Assembly: GCA_012837425.1 (NCBI GenBank)
Contig: DURE01000040.1
Span: forward strand, 15,099 to 79,098
Origin: Clostridiales bacterium
Lineage (GTDB): Bacteria > Bacillota > Clostridia > Oscillospirales > CAG-272
Direction of reading: 5' to 3'
DNA length: 64,000 nt
Part shown: positions 54,456 to 61,983 of the stretch, piece after piece
Layout: each line of letters begins with the position of its first letter
Numbering within the stretch: position 1 is the stretch's first letter
Notes under the pieces: model-generated
Seen by the model: the letters and a program-made list of their open reading frames with translations, nothing else
The model's database searches: none
What the model was told of the DNA's origin: nothing
Translations under genes and position numbers: made by a program

Positions 54456-55211
54456 TTATCGTTTGCTGCTATTATCGTTTGCTGCGGCCTTGTGTTTTGT
54501 CTTCTTCTTTTTCTCAGGCTGGGTTGCATAGTATCCGTAGCCCTTGTAGTTCCCGTAATACTTTTTGCTGTATGCACCGTTTAATTTATGTACATGGTTG
54601 AGCACCACCCCAAGCACGTGGCAGCCACTCTTTTCAATCTGCTGCTTGACCTGCTGAACAAAACGATAGCTTATCACACCGGCGCTGACCACAATAATTG
54701 CGCTGTCGCAACATGCCGAGACAACCGCGCCGTCAATAACCATTCCGACCGGCGGCGTGTCGATTAAAATGTAATCGTAGTTTTCCTTTTCTTCTTCGAG
54801 CAGCTGTCTGAAACAATTGCTGCCAAGCAGCTCGACCGGATTAGGCGGGAAAATTCCGGCAAAAATCAAATCAAAGCCGCCGTTTTCGACCGTGTAGATA
54901 ACCTCATCCCGCCCTGCCATGCCCGAGAGGTAATGCGAGAGCCCGACAAAACCGGTTTCTTCGGTATATCTGCTGGTTATGACCGATTTGCGCATGTCGG
55001 TGTCGATAAACAGAACCTTATGCCCACCCTCGGCCATCGCCCGGGCAAGCTCGATACAGACAAAGGTCTTGCCCTCGTTTGATTCGCAGCTTGTAAGAGC
55101 GATTACTTTGATGTCGGCACCGCAAAACTGGATATTCGTGCGAAGCACCTTGAAGGCTTCCCGGATGTAGTAATCGTTGGAATTCTCAAAATTAAACTTG
55201 ATTGGTTTCAT
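54456..55211 (-). CDS. CpsD/CapB-type tyrosine-protein kinase (BY-kinase, cytoplasmic subunit)
   Basis: Walker A SCESNEGKTF, Walker A' FIDTDMR, Walker B ILIDTPP, and a C-terminal Tyr cluster YSKKYYGNYKGYGYY. Confidence 0.85.
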   Translation of the reverse strand: MKPIKFNFENSNDYYIREAFKVLRTNIQFCGADIKVIALTSCESNEGKTFVCIELARAMAEGGHKVLFIDTDMRKSVITSRYTEETGFVGLSHYLSGMAGRDEVIYTVENGGFDLIFAGIFPPNPVELLGSNCFRQLLEEEKENYDYILIDTPPVGMVIDGAVVSACCDSAIIVVSAGVISYRFVQQVKQQIEKSGCHVLGVVLNHVHKLNGAYSKKYYGNYKGYGYYATQPEKKKKTKHKAAANDNSSKR

Positions 55212-55228
55212 TTCAGGTGCTCCTATCC

Positions 55229-55996
55229 TTAATGTTTGCGGTATCCGCTGTATTGCTGGTATTTATACTTGCCGTATTTGTACTTCCTGCTCCGGGGGTC
55301 GAGCTCTGCGTTTGAGTTCGGAATAAGACCGAGCACTGTGAGCCCGAGGTATTTTTCAACGTCATCGGCCGTTTTTATCTTGTCGTCGAGGATGTACACA
55401 ACTACATAAATACCGAAAACTACAACCGCAGTCAGCAAACCCGCCACAAAGGAATAGGGCCTTATCATCGAGTTGGAAGGGGTTTCGCTGTATGTCCCCT
55501 CGTCGATAGGGTTTACCTGATTGATGCCGAGGGTCTCCATTATGATGGCAGCGCCGACGCTGCAAAGCTCATCGACTATTATCTTGGCATCAGTAGGGCT
55601 CGGAGCCCTTACCGACACTTCAAGAATTCGCGTAGAAGGGGGATTCCTGATAGATATCATCGTCTTTAGTTTTTCATATTGTATCGGCATTCCGAGGTTC
55701 TCAATTACCCGGTCGAGCACCTTATGGCTGGTCAGCAGTACCGTGCAGTCGTTGACCGTGCTCAGCGCTAAGCTGAAATCGGCGTTGTTAACTGACGAGC
55801 CGCCCCCTTCGTTGTCCTGGCGCAGTATGTAAATTGTCGCCGATGACGTATATTCGGGCTTGTACGTAATGACAGAATAGCTGGTTACCGCCGCAAATAC
55901 AAGCACGGCCGCGGCAATAATTACAAGGTAATGGTTTGCAAAAATACTCCAAAGATCGCCGAGCGACAATGAGTTTTGGGTTTCGTTGTGTTCCAT
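55229..55996 (-). CDS. Wzz/CpsC-type chain-length determinant (BY-kinase transmembrane activator)
   Basis: Two TM helices flank an extracytoplasmic Wzz domain. The cytoplasmic tail is Tyr/Lys-rich: RKYKYGKYKYQQYSGYRKH. Confidence 0.8.
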   Translation of the reverse strand: MEHNETQNSLSLGDLWSIFANHYLVIIAAAVLVFAAVTSYSVITYKPEYTSSATIYILRQDNEGGGSSVNNADFSLALSTVNDCTVLLTSHKVLDRVIENLGMPIQYEKLKTMISIRNPPSTRILEVSVRAPSPTDAKIIVDELCSVGAAIIMETLGINQVNPIDEGTYSETPSNSMIRPYSFVAGLLTAVVVFGIYVVVYILDDKIKTADDVEKYLGLTVLGLIPNSNAELDPRSRKYKYGKYKYQQYSGYRKH

Positions 55997-56017
55997 GTGA
56001 ATGAATACCTCTTGTTT

Positions 56018-56740
56018 TTACAGTCCGAGAATTCTATCGGGATTGATTTTGAGCAGCAATTCGGTATAGTCCTCTCCGAAATACTTGTTGAGGATAGCTG
56101 CGGCGCTGTCAAGGCAGGGATTTCTCGTGGTTGTGTTGTGGGCGTCGGATGCCACGACATCAGCAAGCCCCCCCTTCAGTATCTTGAGCGCTCGTTTGCG
56201 AAGGGCATCTCCCCTTCTGCCGGTAAGCGAGGATGCGCTGAGCTGGATGACGACACCCAGCGAACTCAACTCATAAAGCTGTTCGAGCAGGGAGGTAAAA
56301 CAGTCATACCTTTCGGCATGGGCAAAAACCGGAACATACCCGTAGCTCAGCAGCTCAAGAAGTGCGCTACGTATTTGAAAGTAGGACTCCCCGAGATGAA
56401 AATCGACCAACACATGCTTCCCACCGTTGAGTGTCCTGCATTTTCCCCGGTTCAGTTGGTCTATGCTACTCTGGCTGTAGCAGATTTCATTGCCGGTATA
56501 AAGGGACATGTCCGGATATTTTTCCGCCGCGTATTCACTCAGCCCGGCAAATGCTTCACTAAACTCCTGACTGTTGTCGCCCCAGATTTCGGGGTTGAAA
56601 TGCGGCGTGAGACAGATGCGCCGGGTCCCGGTTCTGTAGGCCAGGTCAAGCATGGAAAGCATTTCGCTGTCATCGGCTGCGCCGTCGTCGACCCCGCAGA
56701 GCAAATGGGAGTGAATATCAGTGTAATATTCTATCAACAA
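56018..56740 (-). CDS. CpsB/CapC-type PHP-family tyrosine-protein phosphatase
   Basis: TDIHSHLLCGVDDGA N-terminus, a later HAERY motif, and SDAH. Probable TTG start with RBS GGGGAG. Confidence 0.8.
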   Translation of the reverse strand: MLIEYYTDIHSHLLCGVDDGAADDSEMLSMLDLAYRTGTRRICLTPHFNPEIWGDNSQEFSEAFAGLSEYAAEKYPDMSLYTGNEICYSQSSIDQLNRGKCRTLNGGKHVLVDFHLGESYFQIRSALLELLSYGYVPVFAHAERYDCFTSLLEQLYELSSLGVVIQLSASSLTGRRGDALRKRALKILKGGLADVVASDAHNTTTRNPCLDSAAAILNKYFGEDYTELLLKINPDRILGL

Positions 56741-56778
56741 TAAAATCTCCCCTGGCGCTAAGTCAAATATCTCATTGC

Positions 56779-56807
56779 ATTATAGCACCAAAAAATGATA
56801 GTGTCAA
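56779..56807 (-). promoter_or_regulatory. Perfect consensus sigma-A promoter for cpsB-cpsC-cpsD
   Basis: Minus strand: TTGACA (56807-56802), 17 nt, TATAAT (56784-56779). Confidence 0.6.
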
Positions 56808-56871
56808 TGAAAACATACTGGAAACCCCCGCTGAGCGGCTGCTCCTGAGCTGCCCTTGATCGGCGGGACAT

Positions 56872-58725
56872 CTATTTGACCTGTATTGCAGGTGTGTATG
56901 TAGGAACTATTTCATGCAATATGCCGCGAATATCCTCGCGTTCGTAGAGAAGTGCGGCTCTGAGCTCCTCAAGCCTCTGATAGAATTTTTCTTCGTTAAA
57001 TTCAAGCGGCCGGCCGATGTAAATCAGCTTGTTTGAGGTGCTTGTCAGCCCTTCATCCTTCATCAGGATTTCCTCATACAGCTTCTCGCCGGGGCGCAGG
57101 CCGACAAATCTGATGTCGATATCCTTGTAGGGAGTATAACCCGAGAGCCTTATCAGGTTTTCGGCAAGTGTCAGAATTTTTACCGGCTGTCCCATGTCAA
57201 GCACGAATATCTCGCCGCCCTTTGCGTCGACGCCGGTTTCAAGCACCAGCGACACCGCCTCGGGGATGGTCATGAAATATCTCTCTATATCGGGGTGTGT
57301 CACGGTCACCGGTCCGCCGGCTTCAATCTGCTTTTTGAAAAGCGGGATTACGCTGCCGTTTGAGCCAAGCACGTTGCCGAAGCGCACCGCGACAAATTCG
57401 GTTCTTGATTTTTTCGCATATGACTGGACAATCATCTCGCAGATACGCTTGGTCGCCCCCATGACGTTTGTCGGGTTGACCGCCTTGTCGGTTGAAATTA
57501 ATACGAACCGCCCGACTCCGAACTTATCGGCCGCCTGCACCATATTGAACGTACCGAATACATTGTTCTTAACGGCTTCGCCGGGGCTTTCCTCCATCAG
57601 CGGCACATGCTTGTGGGCCGCTGCGTGATATATGATGTCGGGACGATACTCCGCGAGCACCTTATCTACCCGGGCGGTGTCGCGCACCGAGCCGATAAGG
57701 GTAACAAGGTCCAGGTCGGGATACTTGTGTTGTAGCTCGTTTTGTATGTCATAAGCGTTGTTTTCGTATATATCAAATACTATGAGGCGACCGGAGCCGT
57801 AGGACGCAATCTGCCGGCACAGCTCGCTGCCTATTGAGCCGCCCCCGCCGGTCACCATAACGGTTTTCCCGGCAATAAAACTCCTGACATTGGCAAGGTT
57901 GAGCTTTACCGGCTCGCGCCCGAGCAGGTCCTCGACCTGCACGCTCCGGACATTTCGCATGCTGACATGTCCGTTTACCATCTGGGAGAGACTGGGCAGC
58001 GTCCTTACCTCGCAGCCGGTTTTGCTGCAGTCGCTTAAAATCCGCGCTCTTACGTCGAGGGGACAGGAGGGAATAGCAAATAATATCACCGATATGTTGT
58101 ACTTTTTTACGTTTTCGGCAATGGTTTTGGTGTCGCCTACTACCTTGACCCTCCCCAGCGAGCTGCCGATTTTGGTTTTGTCATCATCAATGAAGCAGGC
58201 CGCCCTGTATCCCGACATTTCGGGGCTGTTTCTCAGGTCGTGGAGCAGCATGTTCCCGGCGCTGCCTGCTCCGATAATCATCACATTTTTTTTGCCGGCG
58301 GCAAGCAGTTCCTCACCGGTTTTTCGGTTTTTTATTCTGTAGATTATCTTGTATACAGCCCTGACAAACAAAAGAGCGCAGGCTATGAAGACCGTCGAGG
58401 TTACATATACGCTCAGCGGATAGCCTCCGGTTATCAGCGTGTGAACGATAGTGTAGGGAACGCTAGCCAAAACGACTATCAGGCAAAGCTCGAGGCGGTC
58501 GCGCATACCTGCGAATTTCCAGAGTATCCTGTAGCCGTTGAATATCACCATCATCGCAAGATATAACAATATGAAAACAGGGAGGCCTATCAAATACTTT
58601 CCGGCATACCCTGAAATTTCGGGTATGCTGAATTCGCATTCCAGAACGACAGCGGCTCCCGATGCTAAAGCAATTACAATAACATCTATCAGGAAGTGCA
58701 CTACTTTTTTCAATATTTTGTTCAT
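56872..58725 (-). CDS. CapD/PglF-like membrane-anchored NDP-sugar 4,6-dehydratase/epimerase
   Basis: Four N-terminal TM helices and two Rossmann motifs (IIGAGSAG, VTGGGGSIGSE). The catalytic region with HAAAHKHVP and the overall length fit the polysaccharide biosynthesis protein CapD family. Confidence 0.85.
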   Translation of the reverse strand: MNKILKKVVHFLIDVIVIALASGAAVVLECEFSIPEISGYAGKYLIGLPVFILLYLAMMVIFNGYRILWKFAGMRDRLELCLIVVLASVPYTIVHTLITGGYPLSVYVTSTVFIACALLFVRAVYKIIYRIKNRKTGEELLAAGKKNVMIIGAGSAGNMLLHDLRNSPEMSGYRAACFIDDDKTKIGSSLGRVKVVGDTKTIAENVKKYNISVILFAIPSCPLDVRARILSDCSKTGCEVRTLPSLSQMVNGHVSMRNVRSVQVEDLLGREPVKLNLANVRSFIAGKTVMVTGGGGSIGSELCRQIASYGSGRLIVFDIYENNAYDIQNELQHKYPDLDLVTLIGSVRDTARVDKVLAEYRPDIIYHAAAHKHVPLMEESPGEAVKNNVFGTFNMVQAADKFGVGRFVLISTDKAVNPTNVMGATKRICEMIVQSYAKKSRTEFVAVRFGNVLGSNGSVIPLFKKQIEAGGPVTVTHPDIERYFMTIPEAVSLVLETGVDAKGGEIFVLDMGQPVKILTLAENLIRLSGYTPYKDIDIRFVGLRPGEKLYEEILMKDEGLTSTSNKLIYIGRPLEFNEEKFYQRLEELRAALLYEREDIRGILHEIVPTYTPAIQVK

Positions 58726-58759
58726 TCAGGGCTCCGATTTGTAATAGTTGTCAGGATTG

Positions 58760-58788
58760 ATAATATCATAAATCAGTATTATTGTCAA
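58760..58788 (-). promoter_or_regulatory. Sigma-A type promoter for capD-like gene
   Basis: Minus strand: TTGACA (58788-58783), 17 nt, TATTAT (58765-58760). Confidence 0.5.
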
Positions 58789-58794
58789 TGCCAT

Positions 58795-60171
58795 TTACTT
58801 CATATTAGGCGTAATACTGTCAGAATAGTCGACCATAACAAATATTAGGACGGCAGTCAACGCATAGGGAGGCGAGAACTCGCCGGGGTTGACCTGCGAC
58901 ATAAGGAAAAGCCCTAAATACGACAGGCCGAGCACAATTTTAAAGGCGTCTGTTTTACGCAAAACACTGTAAGCACGGATAGTAAACTGGAGAATATAAG
59001 CAAAAACCCCGAGCACCCCCAGACTTCCGATTATCTGCGGTATCATCATGTGATACCAGTGCATTGCGCCCTTTACCGGATTGTATATATCCGAATTTCC
59101 GGAGTAACCAAGACCCCGGCCAAACAGCATATTTGATTTTATATCGGTCCCGACGCGCCTTAGCAGCTCATATCTCGCCTCATTATGGGACACGAGCTCG
59201 CCAAGTGTGTCGATTTTATAAAAACTAAGCAGATTGTCGACGCTAAAAAAAATCAGCGCAGCAACAGCGAATATTGAGCAAATATAGACTATCCGGAATT
59301 TCTTCTCAACCGCGGCAAGATATACAAGGCATATGAAAAATTCGATTGTGCCCATTACCAGCCCGCCGCGCGAGCCCGACAGGAACAGGCAAACAAATAT
59401 AAGCAAAAATCCGAGCAGATGCACTTTGTTTTTTCTTGAGAACCAACAAGAAAAGGGCATTGCAATCATAAGGAAGGTTGCCAGGTTGTTGCTCGCCTGA
59501 AATTCGGCCAGCGTGCAGGTCTCCCAAACCATGTCGCGCTGTACCCAGTAGTAATGGAGCACCGAAAAGCAGGCAAGCGCCCCCATGGCGTAAAAGATAC
59601 CGGCGAATTTATTGAAAATATCATACTCTTCCCGCTCTCTCATGCACGTCATCGCCCAGAGATAATATACCACCGCGCCAATGCCGAGCAGCCCGACATA
59701 CAGCAGCGAGGTCGCGTTCCAGTATTCGCCGGCTGTTATGGTGCCGAGCCCGCCGAGGGTCACCGCCACAGCCACCGCAACTATGCCCCAGAAGTTCGGC
59801 GTTATTCTGGTTCTTCTGCCGTAGGCAAAAAGGTGAATGAGCCCCGCGAGTGCTGCCGGCAGGGCGACCCATGCCCAGGGAAGAAATGTATCGGCCGAAT
59901 CATAGCATTTTGTGAGAAAGACGCTCATCATAAGGCAGGGCATCAAGGACGCCAACATATCATTGCAGAGCACGAGGGTGGCGATGGCAAGAAATGTAAA
60001 GGCTACAGCCCCCATAACCTCCCGGCCGAGCACAATAATTACGCAGGCGGCGGCAAATTCGGCAAGCATAAGATACCGGCTCATAAACAACCTGTTAATG
60101 TAGGGTTTGAGGCCGAGCCAGAACTTTACCGGGGGAAACTCCGCGGCAGACTTTGTTGTTGATTCGTCCAT
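58795..60171 (-). CDS. O-antigen ligase/polymerase family (Wzy_C) polytopic membrane protein
   Basis: At least 10 TM helices and the Wzy_C-like loop FLSGSRGGLVMG. ATG 60171 with RBS GAGGAG is preferred over the tracked start at 60231. Confidence 0.7.
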   Translation of the reverse strand: MDESTTKSAAEFPPVKFWLGLKPYINRLFMSRYLMLAEFAAACVIIVLGREVMGAVAFTFLAIATLVLCNDMLASLMPCLMMSVFLTKCYDSADTFLPWAWVALPAALAGLIHLFAYGRRTRITPNFWGIVAVAVAVTLGGLGTITAGEYWNATSLLYVGLLGIGAVVYYLWAMTCMREREEYDIFNKFAGIFYAMGALACFSVLHYYWVQRDMVWETCTLAEFQASNNLATFLMIAMPFSCWFSRKNKVHLLGFLLIFVCLFLSGSRGGLVMGTIEFFICLVYLAAVEKKFRIVYICSIFAVAALIFFSVDNLLSFYKIDTLGELVSHNEARYELLRRVGTDIKSNMLFGRGLGYSGNSDIYNPVKGAMHWYHMMIPQIIGSLGVLGVFAYILQFTIRAYSVLRKTDAFKIVLGLSYLGLFLMSQVNPGEFSPPYALTAVLIFVMVDYSDSITPNMK

Positions 60172-60214
60172 GCATAACTCCTCTGTGAGCACGGTATTTG
60201 GCCTTGCGGGTTTT

Positions 60215-60415
60215 TCAGCCGGCGCTCGCAATCAGTTCGATAAGGTCAGCGATAGCACCCTCATCACTTGAGCAGAGCCGAATATCGCTTATCTCACTAA
60301 TGCTCTCAATGGCGTTTGACGGGCAGGCAGCCAGGTCGGCCGCAAGGAGCATATCGTAATCATTTTCAAAATCCCCGACGGCGTATATCCGTAGTTTTCG
60401 CTCTGCAAATCCTTC
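60215..60415 (-). pseudogene. Remnant of a Cof-type HAD-IIB hydrolase (C-terminal ~65 codons only)
   Basis: IYAVGDFENDYDMLLAADLAACPSNAIESISEISDIRLCSSDEGAIADLIELI is HAD motif IV plus the C-terminal helix. The ~200 N-terminal residues are absent. The tracked ORF gains its Met only by running into the 3' end of rluD. Confidence 0.5.
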
Positions 60416-60419
60416 TGTC

Positions 60420-61385
60420 TTATTGTGTTGTGTCGGCGGCAGTTCTTTTCCTGAGTTTGTCAAGCAGCGCAACAAAGTTCCCGGGGAGCCCTGCGGTAAA
60501 GGTCATCTGCTCGCCTGTCCTCGGGTGGGTGAGCTGCAGTTCCTTGGCAAAAAGGCACTGACCGCGTATATATTGACTGTTCTCGCGCTCAAATCCGGTT
60601 CTCCCGCCGCCATAGAGCAGGTCTCCGAGCAGCGGGTGGCCAACTCCCGACATGTGGACGCGAACCTGGTGGGTTCTGCCGGTCTCAAGCTCGCAGCAGA
60701 GATAGGTAAACCCCGGGTAACGCTCAAGCACCCGCCAGTGGGTTATTGCATTTCTCGTTTTTTTTGCCGGGTCGTAAATTATCGCCATCCGTTTGCGGTT
60801 TTTGGGGTCTCTTCCTATCGGCGCGTCTATTGTGCCGCGGTCTGAATTGAATAAGCCTGTGGCTATCGCGTGATAAATCCGGCTGACCTTATGCTGCTTT
60901 AGCTGGGCAGAGAGGCTTCTGTGCGCATCGTCGTTCTTGGCGGCGACCATAAGCCCGCCGGTGTCCTTGTCGAGCCGGTGTACTATCCCGGGACGCAGCA
61001 CCCCTCCGACCCCCGAGAGCGAAGGCCCGCAGTGGGCGAGCAGGGCGTTGACCAGCGTTCCGCCGGGGTTACCCGCCGCCGGGTGCACGACCATGCCGGC
61101 CGGCTTATTTATTACAATAATATCGTCATCCTCATATACGACATCAAGCGCTATATCCTCGGGCAGCGCTATGCTTGGCTCGGGGTCGGGAAATGTGACT
61201 AAAACCACGTCTCCAGCCCCCAGGCGGTAATTTTTCTTCGCGCTCCTGCCGTTGACTGTTATTCTGCCTTCCTCGGCCAGACGCGCGGCCGCCGAGCGGG
61301 TCAGTGTCGAGGCGGCCGAAGCTGCAAAGACATCCAGCCGCAGGCCTTCGTCACCGGGGGCTGCTGTCAGCTTCAGAGTTTTCAT
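60420..61385 (-). CDS. rluD: RluA-family 23S rRNA pseudouridine synthase (RluD-like)
   Basis: S4 domain (RLDVFAASAASTLTRSAAARLAEEGRITVNG). Catalytic motif HRLDKDTGGLMV. Also HQVRVH. The start is taken at MKTLKL (61385). The tracked ORF extends 34 Lys/Pro/Gln-rich codons further, to 61487. Confidence 0.8.
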   Translation of the reverse strand: MKTLKLTAAPGDEGLRLDVFAASAASTLTRSAAARLAEEGRITVNGRSAKKNYRLGAGDVVLVTFPDPEPSIALPEDIALDVVYEDDDIIVINKPAGMVVHPAAGNPGGTLVNALLAHCGPSLSGVGGVLRPGIVHRLDKDTGGLMVAAKNDDAHRSLSAQLKQHKVSRIYHAIATGLFNSDRGTIDAPIGRDPKNRKRMAIIYDPAKKTRNAITHWRVLERYPGFTYLCCELETGRTHQVRVHMSGVGHPLLGDLLYGGGRTGFERENSQYIRGQCLFAKELQLTHPRTGEQMTFTAGLPGNFVALLDKLRKRTAADTTQ

Positions 61386-61947
61386 CTTCTGTTTTAGGTG
61401 GTTTTCCGGCGCGCGCTGTACCGGTTGTTGCTTCTGGAGCGTCACGGGTTGTTCCGGCTGCTGCTTTTTCGGCTTTGGCTTCGGCAATGGTTGAGGTTAT
61501 CAGATATAAGGCCAGCAGTCCCGCGCCTGTTGTTATACATGCGTCGGCTACATTGAATACCCAGACCCATATGCTCGGGAAGGCGTGGAAATCTATAAAG
61601 TCTATCACATAGCCGAGCAGCACGCGGTCTATCATGTTGCCAATTCCGCCGCCGACAAGCAGCACGAGCGAGAGGCTCAGCAGCCGGCTCCCGGGCTTTT
61701 TGACAAACAGAAACCAGATCATTCCCGAAATGGCAACCGCAGATATTGAGATGAAAATCCAGCGGTGTTCCGAGAGCATCCCGAAGGCGGCACCGGTGTT
61801 CTCGACATAGGTGAACCTGAGGACCCCGTTTATTACCGGCAAGCCGCTCTCGGGCAGATAGGTGATAATAAGCCATTTGGTGAGCTGGTCGAGATATATT
61901 ATCGCGGCTATTACGGCTATTTTCAGCAGCATTGAGAACCTCGCCAT
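61351..61947 (-). CDS. lspA: Signal peptidase II (lipoprotein signal peptidase) with ~45-aa C-terminal tail
   Basis: DQLTKWLI, VENTGAAFG, GGIGNMIDR and FNVAD motifs. Tail AEAKAEKAAAGTTRDAPEATTGTARAGKPPKTEDENSEADSSPR. Confidence 0.85.
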   Translation of the reverse strand: MARFSMLLKIAVIAAIIYLDQLTKWLIITYLPESGLPVINGVLRFTYVENTGAAFGMLSEHRWIFISISAVAISGMIWFLFVKKPGSRLLSLSLVLLVGGGIGNMIDRVLLGYVIDFIDFHAFPSIWVWVFNVADACITTGAGLLALYLITSTIAEAKAEKAAAGTTRDAPEATTGTARAGKPPKTEDENSEADSSPR

Positions 61948-61983
61948 GACAACACGCCGGGTGGGCCCCGGCTGTGTCGTTTT

